60,922 nucleotides of DNA, filler included, from Sluysia triapertura (GCA_046118255.1; 5 parts of 5 records of this genome joined end to end with filler, not necessarily neighbours in it); one strand, 5' to 3'; shown: positions 13,251-26,970, counted from the first letter of the whole stretch. The notes: a model not told the origin generated them from the letters alone. Program-made: numbers and translations.

Positions 13251-13350
13251 NNNNNNNNNNNNNNNNNNNNNNNNNNNNNNNNNNNNNNNNNNNNTTAATT
13301 AATTAANNNNNNNNNNNNNNNNNNNNNNNNNNNNNNNNNNNNNNNNNNNN
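13251..13350. other. Artificial scaffold-joining linker
   Basis: 44 N + TTAATTAATTAA (stops in all six frames) + 44 N; identical to three other linkers. Confidence 0.97.
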
Positions 13351-14199
13351 ATTATTCGATTACACTTGATACGTCATTGATATATATTATAAACAATAGT
13401 AGATCAAGTATTGATACATTTGTTTTATGACTAATTTAATTTAGTTTAGTTTTTTAAATTTTCATCCTTTAGGAGTGCCAACCATAAGGTTATCATTCAT
13501 CGACTGCACTTGACCCTTATTTAAAGTGTAGCATTTAAATAATTCGCTAAAATTAGATATTAATGTTTGATTTAATAAAATAAATTAGTAATTACCATTC
13601 TGTCATTAATGATATATCTTCAGACCCTACAGGATTTCTGATTTTTTTCAATGACGGGAAAAAATTATTCGAAGAAGGCTCTGAAAACCTTATGGATGAA
13701 TTGAAAGAATATACACAGTGCATGTATGATCTTTCTGGGTACGAATTAATTACATCTCAGTGAGTTTTATTTATATTGATTGATAAAAATAATGACGGTC
13801 GTATGCATTCACTGTATTGTGCTAGGAAGTGTTGCATCGGCGAGTGGTTCGTGAAGTTATATCGATTCAAATGATATTCGATGATGCATCTCATATTGAG
13901 AGCCTATCGTGTAGTTAAAAATTCATTTATATTCATCTCTATCTTATATTTATCATTCTATTCTTTATTATTATGTTTAAGGCACTTCACATTGTACACA
14001 AAAAAGTGAGATTTACCATTACTAAATAAATGAAAGTGAACTACTTGATATATATTTATAACGTCGTTCCAATGCAAAATATAGACAAAAACACCCACAG
14101 ACCTATGCGTGAAAAAGTATAAATCACAAGAAAGAACACAAAATCAATACTCACTCTCCTAGTTTCTAGAAGAAGTGAAGCGCATCTCATATTTTACAA

Positions 14200-14640
14200 C
14201 AGTGTCCATTAAATAATCAGTTCCTTTGCGATTCCACTCTTTCCAATGTTATACCATACAGTCATCATTTACGGCGGAATTCTTAAATATCCACAACCAT
14301 GATCGAACTTTGCCAATAATCGTCGTTGATAAATCTATGCTTCCAGTATTGGCAGAATAGACGGAATCGAAGCCTCTTGATTTTCGAATTTGGGAATTTA
14401 GCAATAACATAATAACGCACGCATTTTAATAGCTGCATCTTCACTTGACAATATGTCGTCACAATTTCCTTTAGTTACTAACTAATTACTGACTCTTAAT
14501 TTCCCAGATGGGCTTCATTCTTCTACATTTTCTTCATTTGATGCATTGTTGTGCCTCTATATTAAATGATTTATTTGCTTTTCTAACTTAGTTTCCTTTT
14601 CCTTGATATTCACAATTTTTAACCTTCATTTGAAAAGTAT
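14200..14640 (-). mobile_element. Possible MULE (Mutator-like) transposase relic
   Basis: KFPNSKIKRLRFRLFCQYWKHR resembles the MULE FP...I.GC.FH..Q.W motif; heavily decayed. Confidence 0.35.
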
Positions 14641-14899
14641 TTTTTTCGTACGCAACAGAAACAAAATCCAAAATTAAGATAAAAATAATAAAATAGAAGA
14701 GTAGACAGGGAATTGAGAAAATGTACAACGTTTATTGATAATTATCAAAATCATTTGTCATCGTCTAAAATAATCATGTTACGAAATACTGGCATTGGAA
14801 ATATTCATTTTCTCCGAATATGTTGCTCCCTCTTTGAATCACCAAGACATGATCATGGGATTGATTTAATTAAATTGATGATGGAGAGTATCTACTATT

Positions 14900-14934
<35 letters not shown>

Positions 14935-15155
14935 TAATAATACTAATAATTATANNNNNNNNNNNNNNNNNNNNNNNNNNNNNNNNNNNNNNNNNNNNNN
15001 NNNNNNNNNNNNNNNNNNNNNNNNNNNNNNNNNNNNNNNNNNNNNNNNNNNNNNNNNNNNNNNNNNNNNNNNNNNNNNNNNNNNNATTAATATTACTATT
15101 AATAATAATTATATTAATAAGAATAATAGTAATAATAATAGTGATAATCATAATC

Positions 15156-15193
<38 letters not shown>

Positions 15194-16458
15194 GTCAATT
15201 CTAAATGCTGCTGTTACCGTTTTATTTGTCATTTTAAACCTTACTTAGACCACTCCGACATTGTAAATTATAAGGTACCTAATTTAAGCATCAATATTTT
15301 GTAGCACGTGCTCCTAATTTTCGTGTATGTCATTTTCCTAGAAAGGGCATATCAATAAAGTCGCAATTGTACTACAATCAAGCTACTGACTTGCTACACA
15401 AATTATTCGAGAGAACATTTAATATCAGTGATTTTAAAATCGGCAATTATCCAGTTCACTGTGTGGCCATTCTGCAGATGCCCAAGTTTGGTCCGAAAAC
15501 AATTTACACTAACACCATTATTTCCATGACAGGTTGGGGTTTAAATGTATAATTAATTCATTGTTAAAATTAAAATAAATTTCGAAAATATGATTGATCA
15601 ATGAGACGACGATACTGCACAAAATAAGAACCTGCTTTTATTGATCGAATATTTATTTGACTGTTTGACATGTATTGAGCACATATTCCACAATTATTAT
15701 TATTCATGTGGTGCGAGTATTGTAACCCAGCTACAGTTCTTTTGCGGTCGTCTTTCCCCAAATAAATATTTGTTGTTTTACAGCCTTTTTCAAAGTATTT
15801 TCATCAAATAAATCTTGATAAATAATATGTAGCAGCAATTTCAAGCGACCAGTGTGGACATATATGGAACCCCCGTTTCTCTGAAATGCATCCAATAGAA
15901 TTACCCTTTTTTGCATTTTAATGATTGTAGTAAGAATGTAAATGTAAATTGCTCGTTAATTTTGGTATTATTTTCTAAAATAAATTCAAGGCATTGATTT
16001 ACTAATATAATGATAATAATAATTACATCCGATACATTGTTGGGTTGTTTTTGAGGGTCGAGTTTTATTTTAGTGATGCAGTTTAATATTGACAATGGGC
16101 AGCAACTTGAATGAAGTTGAATAGAGACCGTCGTTAATGTTTTCGAATTACAGGGAGAAAGGAGATTAATATTAAAACAATCGAGAAATGATCATAAAAA
16201 TTAATGCATCGTATGCGTCTATTAAGCAACAACGAAGTTTAATTTTGATTCAAAGAAAGTTGGGGATCAGTACGAAGAAAAATTATATATTCATCGATCA
16301 TCTGGCAAGTGCCATCTGTCAATGGAGCTAGAAAATAGTCTTCCTTCATTTCCTGACTCAGAACTGGGCCTCTCGCGTTCAAATTATATACCAGAGTTGT
16401 CAGAAACACATGGAAGATCGTGAAATTGTTTTATATTGAAAAATAATGTCTGCACATA

Positions 16459-17000
16459 CAGTGGTGGCCAAATTATTAGACTAAAACAGGAAAAATATGT
16501 TTTCTTTGGTTTTCTTAATATTTGCTACCCTTGCCTGGAAACTCTCCAGAAATGAATCACAAAGAAAATCTCTGGAAGATTGTCAAAAGGAGAGTTTCTA
16601 CCCATAAACCAACCACCAGGAAATAACTTATTGAAACTCCGATAAAAGTATGGCATCACGATGACGAGATCAAAGACTTGTGTCCCAAGCTCATCTTTAA
16701 GGATCAGGAAATTATTGGATAACAAAGGAGGGCAAACAAAGTACTGATGCAACAGCTTGTAGATATTCAATTTGTAGTAAAGTGTGTTATCACATTCTAC
16801 ATGAATAAAATTTCTGTATGATTTGGATCTCAGTATTTTTATCTGTTATTTTACTTACACCAGAATGTTTTGGAGAAAGTAGTTATTTTCTGTGACAATG
16901 TTTTTATACATTTGTATTTATACACTTCAACATTTATATCCTTGAACAATTTTGAATTTTACCACAAAATGGTCTTTAGTCTAATAATTTTGCCACCATG
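16459..17000 (+). mobile_element. Tc1-family non-autonomous deletion derivative, both TIRs (copy 1)
   Basis: TA-CAGTGGTGGCCAAATTATTAGACTAAA ... TTTAGTCTAATAATTTTGCCACCATG-TA. Interior encodes a decayed transposase C-terminus (LPxPGNSPEMNHKENLWKIVKRRV...[11 protein letters not shown]). Confidence 0.88.
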
Positions 17001-17107
17001 TAGATTGAAATAAAATAATTTTCTTTTGTATTTATTAGAATTTTGATTTGATTTATTATTTAATAATTATTATAATTATAGTAACAAAAATAACAATAAT
17101 GATGATG

Positions 17108-17108
<1 letters not shown>

Positions 17109-17172
<64 letters not shown>
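17109..17172. repeat. (TAT)n microsatellite, representative of many
   Basis: Pure TAT run. Similar runs at ~4128-4190, 10790-10877, 14902-14954, 15160-15190, 27189-27260, 27983-28041, 29500-29580, 33228-33292, 43900-43972, 51610-51663, 53732-53818, 58018-58060. Confidence 0.95.
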
Positions 17173-17174
<2 letters not shown>

Positions 17175-17685
17175 TTTTTTCACTTGGTGCATCACTGAGA
17201 ACATTATTTCTTGAATAGAAAGCTATTTGCACCAGATAAATGTAAGAGAATAAATTTTATTGGCATTCCATATGGCAACAAAACTATAGCCTGTTTATTT
17301 ACAGATTAAAATAAATTATTATTATTAAAATAAATTATTGGTTATTTAAGTTATTTCCGTGGCCTTATCATTGTTGAAATAGCAGAGCTCTGGAGTCAAT
17401 TTTGTTATTTTACGTTTTGCATTGAATGAATAAAAACAAATATACGGTATAAATGTTGTATAGAAAATAGTTCAATGAAATTATTTGCATCCAATGACAA
17501 AAAACCAAAATTAAAGTAAAATTAAAATAAATAATATACTAAATTAGCATTAATGATCGTTGTTTTCACTTTTCATATACTTATAATCTCTCAGGAAACA
17601 TTTGAATAATACTATTCTATTGCAGTTTATTTATCATTAAAATTTACTGAAAAATCTATTCATAAATAACCAAGTAAGAAGACAT

Positions 17686-18045
17686 TCTCCAAGTGGGAAG
17701 AAGATCTCATGTAACACCTTATCTTAAGGAATTACATGGGTTGTCAATAAAAGCAATAGAATTTACAAATGCTTACAATACTGAAGTCCTGAATATCTTT
17801 TAGAAATAATAAAAAATGTGGAAACCAAGATGAATATTTCATTGAGACATAATAATAATTTATACAGAATCCACAGTGATAACAAGCTAAGTGATAGGTT
17901 GTATACCGCTTATGTTTCAAAAATATACAACCAGTTACTAGAGAATGTCAAATTACTGGAAGATTATGAAATATTTAAGAAAAAGACAAAGTTATTTCTG
18001 TTTCAGAAATATTATAGTGAATGATTTACTTTAAGCGCTTTTGAG
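17686..18045 (+). mobile_element. L2/CR1-clade LINE 3' end fragment
   Basis: RSHVTPYLKELH.L.IK..SDRLYTAYVSKIYNQLLENVKLLEDYEIFKKKTKLFLF, the typical L2/CR1 ORF2 C-terminus (HITP.L..LHWLP...WN.LP...FK..LKT.LF). Confidence 0.75.
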
Positions 18046-18557
18046 TACTTATTTTGCAGTATATATGAACGTAACTTATAAACCCTTTTTGTTCATTTCA
18101 TATACCATCATGCATTAACTCATTATTCACAAATGTTCCATTTTGGGACACAATTTCAAACTGTTTTTCTTTTAATAACTGCAACTTGTAAATAAAATAC
18201 AACCATTAAAATAATGAGATCATATCACATCATGTTTCATGAAAGTATTAACAACAATAACAATTATGGTAAACATAGTTCCAGTTGGTTAGTGTGAATA
18301 TCGTACTTAATTTAATTGTATTTCTAGTTATGAATAATTGATAAATTTTTTTAATCGTTAATTGATTGCGTTTACACTAATTTTTGCATATTAAACGAAG
18401 AAAATATTTGTTTAACCTTTTCCAACCCATTATTAATTTACATTATATTTAATTTCCTTTTTTGTAAAACATCTTTAAATACCTTCACTTAAATCATATA
18501 ATTTAAAAAGTTTTTATTGGCTATTTTTTTAACCAATTAAATCATGTTATTTTACAG

Positions 18558-21500
18558 AGGTAATCAAGATAAAATATTTTGCATTCGAACGAATCCACAT
18601 GATATTTCAAGTTTTGTAACCGTTGGTGTACGACATATTAGATTTTGGCAAGAAACAGGTAACACCATGACAAATAAGCGCGGTATCGTTGGTCAGGTTG
18701 GTAAACTAGATACACAGTTGTGTGTGGTGTTTGACAGTAAGCAAGCAGGAATATGTTATACAGGAGCAGCCAATGGAGGTGTTTATATATGGCAAGGTTG
18801 TGTATTACAAAGAGTGGTGCAAGCTCATAGTGATGGTGGCTGTTATGCGATTNNNNNNNNNNNNNNNNNNNNNNNNNNNNNNNNNNNNNNNNNNNNNNNN
18901 NNNNNNNNNNNNNNNNNNNNNNNNNNNNNNNNNNNNNNNNNNNNNNNNNNNNNNNNNNNNNNNNNNNNNNNNNNNNNNNNNNNNNNNNNNNNNNNNNNNN
19001 NNNNNAATAATAGTAGAATATAGAAGAATATCCTTCAAGTATTTTTTAGATTATTCTTTCCCTGTCATCAGTGGAAACAGTAATTGTTCTTAAGCTCGGT
19101 TTAATTAAAATAATGCAGTGGTGGCCAAATTATTAGACTAAAACAGGAATGTCAAGACTATCTTTGTAAGAAGGAGACCCAATGAGGAGTTTGAAACATC
19201 CTACAGTATTAATGGTGTGGTCGGTTATCTTCATTCATGGTATTGGCAGGGTGTACATTGTTGATGGAACAATGAATCAACAAGGAATGTTCTTGAAACA
19301 AGCCTTCTTCCTCGTTCTCGAACTGTGATCTCCAATTTATGCAGGATAATGCACCATGTCACATGGCGAAATCATGGTTTTAAGTTTCTACCCTGAAGTC
19401 TTCCCATAGAAAATCTGTGGTAGATTGTCTACCCATAAACTTATTGAAACCTGATAAAAGTATGCCATAAAATGACATAAAAGTGGCATGCCTTTAAGGA
19501 CCATGAATTATTGGATAACAAAGGAGGGCAAAGAAAGTACTGATACAACAGTTTGTATATATTTGATTTGTAGTAAATTGTGTTATCATATTCTACATGA
19601 ATAAGACTTCTTCATGTTTTGAATCTCACCAGAATTTTTGGAGAAAGTAGTTATTTTCAAACATTATTCATTTCCATGACATTGTTTTTATACACTTTTA
19701 TTAATAGTTTCATAGTATCCTTGAAAATGGTCCTTAGTTCAATAATCTGGGCCCCACTCTAGTGGAAAATTTATGGATGGTAGTTTGATCGTTGTTTGTG
19801 TTTTAGAAGTTACGTGGAAATGACTAATTATCAAATTTTTTAAACGATATTTTTATTTTTTTACATTAATTTATTTAATTTAAATTCTTTTCTACATAAT
19901 TTATTTAATTGATCGAAAAATCACTCTAAGAATAATCACGATGTACTAGAAACATCATGGAATTTGTATTTCTAATTAAACTCTAGATAAACTAACAACC
20001 ATCGTTATGATTGAAAGGTGTAGTTGTTCTGTTGGTGATTGTGATTGTTGTGGAAGTTGTTGTTCTATGTAACTTCTTGATAAGTTTTGATTGTTGTTAA
20101 GTTTGGATAACGAGAATTCATCAAAATAGTTTGATTATTATGCCATGGAATATGAACTATCGTGATCTAAGGGACAATTTAAATAACTCTGTTATTATCT
20201 ATTATTTCTTATATTCGGATTTATTTCAATATTCGAAAATGTTCTGCAGTTCTAAGCAAAATCCTAGATAATATGTTATTTATAGTTTTAACGTATTTTC
20301 TTTTTAATGATCAATTTCTTTGCAGGGTTTTGTAACTGGAGGTAAAGATGGTATTATAAATTTGTATGATGAAAAGTTTGTTAATGTCTACAAAGCATAC
20401 AATGTGAAAGAAATATGCGGTTCCGATTCTAATTCGTTACAGTTATCCGATTCGAGTATACCATGTATTAGATCTGTAGTATTGGGCAAGGAAAAGATTT
20501 TAGCTGGTACAAGTCAAGGAGATGTATTCGAAATTTCTTCGGATGGGAAAATTTCTGTTATTTGTCAAGTGAGTATAACTTTATAAGATATTTTATTGTT
20601 GTACAAAGTAATGTTTAAGATTAACTGAAGATTATGTAAGAGTAAATTAGTAAATGATGATACATTAATTTTTTTCGAAAATTAGGGACATTCTGAAGGT
20701 GAACTGTGGGGTTTAGCTGCACATCCTACCAAGCACCCACCAATGTATGCTACCGTGTCTGATGATAGTACGTTGGCAATTTGGACATCAGAACTTGGCT
20801 ATCATCGATTGAATAAGAGATTGAAACTAAAAGGTCCTGCTCGATGCTGTGATTTTAATCATAATGGATCTGTTTTAGCTGTTGGTTTTAAAGATGGTTA
20901 GAACTAAATAATACTGCGATATAATTGTTGCGTCTTTAATCAAATTAATTTTAAAAAGTTTAATTTTAAATTCAAAATTCGATTATCAAATAATATAACA
21001 AATAAAATTTAACACAATAATTTAACGAAGAAAAATTAAATATCTAACCAAACAAGTTAGATTATAAGTTAGATAAAGCTAATGCAACGAAAATCAGACT
21101 AATAATAAAAAGTAATTAAAATTAATTAAAGCATCTCACCTTCAGTTCGAGTCTAACCCACCCATAAAAAACTAAGAATTTACAATCAAATTAAAAAAAA
21201 TTATAAAAGGTTTTAACTTATAATAATAATAACAATAATAATAAAATAAAAGATTACTTTATTCGTGGATCTTGTCATCATAATTAAAGTTGCCTTTGTT
21301 TCTGTTGTGTGAAAACTTTTACAACGTACTACTTTTTATATTTTCTCATTCGGTCAATCTTGAGCATTTTCTTACATAAATCATTTGAACAATCTTTGAG
21401 AGTCGATCCGACAATGACAGCTCTGAAAATTACGTGGTACTACTTGACCGATTTTAATAAGTACATAACACAAAAATTGATCAATGAATCAACCATTATT

Positions 21501-24500
21501 TTCCTCTGTACTACTCGGCTTATTTTTTCCTAAATTACTTCTCATATTAAAATAACAATCAACATACATAAAAACAATGAATTTAATTTTAGTTTACATA
21601 ATTCAATTAATTTTCAGTTTTTCATACTGAAACATTTTTCTAATGGAAAATGTTTAAAGTTCTTATTCTCAAACATATCATTCTATAAATATTTCTAGAT
21701 TATCCTCTTTCATAGAAATAATCTCATATTCAATTCATTATCTTTTTATCACTCCAAATATGAAAACTTTATTATTTTAGAATTGAGAGTTAATTAAAAT
21801 TTGACTTTGCTCAATATTAATGCTTTCCTGGCATGAACATGGTCCAACCATTCACAACATCTTTTTCCTTAATTAATTTAATTAAGATTTTAATTAATTA
21901 ATCTATTTTTAGACCTTATCTTATTTTATGCTTAAAAATTCTAATAATATTTTAAAGTTGTTTGAAAGAAGATGCTTTCACCTTCTCTGTGCTAAGTATT
22001 AATATATCAAATTCGTCTATAATTTTAGGAATAATGATTTAATTTCACAAACATTTCAAAGATGTTAAATACATTTACAATGTTACCTTAAGGTCAAGAT
22101 GTCCAAGATCCTTAAGTATTTATAAGATCCTAAATGGTCTCAAGTCTCACAAGTTCAGAACTACTTTAATGCTTCTAAACGTTTCCAAATTAATCTCAAG
22201 TTTCCTCAAGAATCTCAAAATGAATATAGATGTTCTCATCTTCATCATTCTCACTCCCACAATATTTTATTATGTTTTACTCATCGGTTTGTACCAATTC
22301 TCCTTGAATTTCTAATTCCACGTCTTTCTTACTCATTTCTTATCTAACATTTGGCAAATCCCAACAGAATGTAACAAGCAAAATTAGCTTACTTTGAGTG
22401 AATAATAAAATTATTAATTATTTTTAAATTTAATAATTTAAAGACTGTTCCTGTTATTTGGGAACACTTAATTTGCTACTTACAATAGAAAGTAAATAAT
22501 AATTATAAATATTAAGATACAGTAAACTCTTGATTATCGGTGGATAATATTTAGAAAATGCATAATTATCTCTTTAATGAAACGCTATTATCGCAGTGAT
22601 CTCCTTAGAAGCTTTTGTAGCGAGAATGACAATTTAATGAATTGATGGAAAAAATGACAATGTTGGATGCAATACATGGAGCTGTTAAATCTTTGAACAA
22701 AATTAAGCCAATAAAACTAGTTCGATCGTTGTTGAAAATTTTGTTAAATCTAGAAAGCAATGTTTCGGACTCTATCGAACTTGAGATATGTAACATTTCA
22801 GAATTATGTGAACTAATGACAAATTTAAATGGCTTTGAAAATGTTGATGACCAAAATATTAAAAAATGATTCATCTGATCCAGGATTCCAGATACAGAGT
22901 GACACAGATATTATTTCAAATCCAATTGAAGATAAAAATGAGACTGAAAATGAAGTAGAAGATATTACCAATCGTATTAGTCACGACACGGCACTGACTT
23001 CTGCCGATACTTTACTAGAATACGTCGATCAATGGAGCTTCGATGTATTAAAAAGTTACTGAAAAATTCACTTAAACAAACCAAAATTACCTATTTTTTA
23101 ATAAAGCATTGAATGTATTTTCATTGCTTTTTTATTATACTATTATTTTTTATTATTATTTTGCGGATTATCCGTGCCGACCCTCCCCATCATTAGCCCG
23201 AATTAAATTGTAATTATTTTTAATTAATAATAAATAACTACGTTTTATTTAAATAATATTTATAATTTAATCTTTTACTAAAATAAATAAAATTAAACTT
23301 TAAATTGTCGAATAAAAGATGTTATCTTTTATTTAGAAAAGTTTGATTTTAATTGGAGGAAATGTTATTGAAGGTGTAGAAGTTTTTTGTGAATGTTTAA
23401 AAGATGTATTATATTTATTAAAAGATTGCATTATAAGAATATATTATATACTTGTCCTTATCCAATCACATGCAACATAATTTTAGATTTACATAAATAT
23501 TTAGGATCTATTATAGTTCTCAGTTTCAATAATTTACAAGAAATTGCATCAGCTCATCATCGAAAAGAAGAAATATCTGACATTAAGTTTTCACCAGGTT
23601 ACCATTATTATTATTATTATCATTATTATTATTATTCAGATCCAGGTAAGTATATGGCTGTTGGTTCTCATGACAACTTTGTGGACATCTATAGTACAGT
23701 GACACATCAACGATTAAGTGTTTGTAAAGGTGCTTCTAGTTATATTACTCATATAGATTGGGATTTTCGAGGTGAGTTGACACACAAGATGTTATTTCTT
23801 TTTTGAAATTAAACTATATTTAAAAACAACGTTTTGAAAATATTATTCGAAAAGTGTTTTCAGTCCACTTGGCAGTAAATTATATATTTAACACTTTAAT
23901 TTTCACTCCAAAATATTTTTGGGTAGTATCTTATTTTCATCTATCGAAAAACAAAGTTACAAATTACTAAATGCACAAAAACTAATGAATAACATGTTTT
24001 ATGTTTAAAAACTATAAATAATTCAAAAATTACCTCTGGAATGTCTTGCAAGTCACACTGGATTCCAAAGTTTATGCGGAATTTTCATTTAACTGAGTTT
24101 CATTTTTTAAAGTCATTATTATGGATATTGTGCGGTAAATGAGAAATGCTTTGATAATTTCTAATAAAATATTACTTGGAGGATTGTATCAGAAAGTGAA
24201 TCAGAATCAGAATCTTGTCATAGTCAGTTACAATGTCAGAAAGTGACCAGAATGCTTTAACAATGAAAGTATATCAGAATGTATTGTAATTTAAATACAG
24301 AAGTATATGCTAAAGAATACCACCTCAAGCCATTCATTGACTTTTATTAGGTATTCTAATCAGCTACCAATCAGGGCTTATTTTAGGGATAGGTCTTAAA
24401 TTAAAGTCATCCTGATACATCACGCTGGTCTTATTTTCGGGGAAACACTGTATATACATATGTAAGACGGCCGAGCTTTGCTAGTTTGAAATATTTAAAG

Positions 24501-26603
24501 ACAAAGAATTTGACATAAAAAATCAGAGATTTACATCAACCTTTCGGAATGGGATTAAGAAAAGATTTGTTTCATTTACTGACTATACTTAATTTTTTCG
24601 GAATTTCGACTCTTTTTTACATTTGTTTTTCAGTAAATTTATAAATCTTTAAGGCAAATTACTGATGATCAACAGTGGTGCTCGTGAACAGTTATTTTTC
24701 GAAGCTCCTCGTGGTACTCGACAAACGGTTTCACAATCTGAACTAGGAAAATTGATCTGGTCAACATGGACTTGTGTTCTTGGTGATTCTTGTGTTGGTA
24801 TATGGCCGCCAAAGTGTGATGTCACTGATATTAATGCAACTAGCCTTAGTTTTGATGGTGTAACTTTGGCAACTGGTGACGATTTCGGAAGAGTGAAACT
24901 ATTCGAATATCCTTGTCCGGTTTGAATTAACCAATTATATAGCTATTATAATTTTTATTTTTAGTCAAAATTTGCAAAATATAAAATGTATCAAGGTCAT
25001 TCTGCTCATGTAACAAATGTTCGTTGGTTATTATATGATCATACTACTGATACTGAGTATTTGGCTAGTATAGGCGGTGCAGATACGTCGGTAATGATAT
25101 GGAAACACAAACGTGAACAAGTGCAACAAGGGGTCAGTAACAGATCTGTAAGTAATGAAGTACAGCAGCAGAATCAACAAAACAGTGATCTTAGTGATAC
25201 AGACAGTGAAGAAGAACATGGTTACGATAGTGATGTAGAACGTGAAAAATGTATGGATTGGGCTGCTAAAACTTATTCAACAAAAGTTTCCGAAATACAG
25301 AAAAATGCCAGACTTGAAGCAGAAAAATTAAAAAAAGAAGAAATAAAAAAAACAAATAATCTCAAGTATTTTTCATATTTAAATTAGCACTTTTTTAATA
25401 TACAATTAATATATTCCATATTTAGGGTTTTTACATTTTACATTATGACTCTTTTATTACTCAACATTATAAATTTTGATTATTCTTCATTGATTCTCAA
25501 ATCAGTTTATCAATCAATTATTAGTTATTCTGTTCTTTTAATGGTATTTTATATATTACTGATTTCATATTCAGTTTATATTAGACCGAAGACCATTTTT
25601 GTGATAAAATTCAACATTTTTCAACAATACTATGAAACTATTAATCAAAAGTTGAAACTGCTCATTAGGTCTCTTGCAAAGGTGGTCTGTCATCCAATAC
25701 TTGAAAGGACGATTCATCTTCCAGTCATCTTCAGTTAAATATTAACCTTTTCCTGATCATCCCTGGTGTCAACTTAGGCTTTCTTCTGGGTCGTCTCGCT
25801 TGCAAACCAAGTCTCCTTCTGACGTAATTTCTGCAAGTCTCTAACTGCTTCTACAAAGTCATACTCGTAGCTTTACGATTCATTGTAGAAAGTTTCACTA
25901 AATATCTATCATTTCTCACGAATGTTCTCGAACGACCACTTTTTGATGGACGACCAAAGAAAAACATATTTTTCCTGTTTTAGTCTAATAATATATAATA
26001 CGATTCGATTATACTTGAAACATCATTGATATATACAAGCATAATGTAAAGTAAAAATATAAAAAGTAAAAAATAAAAATATAAAGTAAAAATATAAAAA
26101 GTAAAAAATAAAAATATAAAGTAAAATATAAAATATAAAAATATTTATTAGAAATACTAAAGTAAAACCAAAGTAATAGAAACCAAATTACAATACCTTA
26201 TTATACATACATATCATCATAAAACGATGAACAACTTTAAAATCGATCATTTTTTCTTATTTAAATAAAATTTCCAAATTTCCATTTGGTATTCTTTATA
26301 ATATTTCAAATCGTATTGAAATTTAGGCCCAATGTCAGTCGAGACAGTTGTTCTATTCAACCGAAGGTTCAATCAATTGGTATGCGTTTATTGGACCAAT
26401 TGAAATTAGTATCGAATGCCAGTAATTTATTGGCTGGAGATAAAGATTTGAATTCAAATCACAGTAACTCTCGAGATCGTCAGATTCCTCCACCACCAAT
26501 ACTTGATACTGTTCGCTCTTTAGAACTTCAGCATGTACATGGTTATCGTGGTTTTGATTGCAGAAACAATTTGCATTATCTATGGACCAATAAAGATCAA
26601 CTT
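18558..26603 (+). CDS. EML6: Echinoderm microtubule-associated protein-like 5/6 (tandem WD40/HELP), internal exons
   Basis: Exons 18558->18852 (runs into N gap; [18 protein letters not shown]), 20326-20568 (GFVTGGKDG), 20686-20896 ([14 protein letters not shown]), 23505-23597 ([13 protein letters not shown]), 23640-23771 ([29 protein letters not shown]), 24654-24919 ([22 protein letters not shown]), 24965-25365 ([20 protein letters not shown]), 26327-~26603 ([17 protein letters not shown]). Near-identical motifs to vertebrate EML5/EML6; the two paralogs cannot be distinguished here. Confidence 0.95.
19116..19759 (+). mobile_element. Tc1-family derivative (copy 2) in EML intron, with DDE-core remnants
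   Basis: Same TIRs. Decayed [57 protein letters not shown] and the same C-terminus. Confidence 0.88.
21295..22330 (-). repeat. Unclassified interspersed repeat (copy 1)
   Basis: Reverse-complement similarity to 45160-45890 and 60100-60922, including the core TTAATTAATTAAAATCTTAATTAAxTTAATTAAG. Boundaries approximate. Confidence 0.65.
22520..23205 (+). mobile_element. pogo/Tigger (Jerky/TIGD-like) transposon remnant in EML intron
   Basis: TA-CAGTAAACTCTTGATTATCGG left end. Frameshifted C-terminal transposase [82 protein letters not shown] subterminal motif near 23164. Confidence 0.72.
24041..24450 (+). mobile_element. pogo/Tc2-like non-autonomous DNA transposon, right end
   Basis: Ends GGTCTTATTTTCGGGGAAACACTG-TA (pogo-type terminus) with an internal GGGCTTATTTT subrepeat. 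Interior shared with 11626-11922. Confidence 0.62.
25579..25992 (-). mobile_element. Tc1-family derivative (copy 3) carrying N-terminal transposase remnants
   Basis: Inner TIR parts (TTATTAGACTAAAACAGGAAAAATATG). Minus-strand [67 protein letters not shown]. Confidence 0.8.
26045..26142 (+). repeat. A-rich minisatellite
   Basis: Repeated GTAAAAATATAAAAA / GTAAAAAATAAAAATATAAA units. Confidence 0.8.
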
Positions 26604-26849
26604 GTAATTGTTAGTTCAGTATTTGTTGTGATTGCTCTAGTTTAATCTTTGTGTATTCATGTAATGTCCTCGGTTTCAATCTTGATCAGCTCCTTTTATG
26701 AAATCTAAGATTTGTATCCACATATTGAATAATCCTTCTAGTAATGAATTAAAATAATTAGGCGAATGAAGATAAATAAAGAAATTAAAGAAAATTAAAC
26801 TTGAATATGTATACCCTGTTTCAAAAGTATAGGACACCCCTATTTTTGC

Positions 26850-26970
26850 AGTATATATATACTTGTGTGTGTATGTCTGTCTGTCTGACTCGATAAATTC
26901 AAAAACCATATATCCAATCGCCGTGAAATTTTGAGAAATTATTAGGTATGTCCGCGGGAAGGTTTTTGAA
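26850..26970 (+). mobile_element. Possible Helitron-like (Lep1/DINE-type) 5' remnant
   Basis: TATATATA, then a (GT/GTCT)n microsatellite, then CAAAAACCAT..CCAATCGCCGTGAAATTTT, the layout of non-autonomous Helitron-like repeats. Confidence 0.33.

Noticed and set aside
13295-13306. TTAATTAATTAA as a biological motif or piggyBac site
   Set aside because: It is embedded symmetrically in N runs at four places, so it is an assembly linker.
16525-16770. ORFs 16525-16770, 22605-22874, 25445-25738 and 58862-59092 as genes
   Set aside because: They are antisense or off-frame readings of the Tc1 and Tigger remnants.
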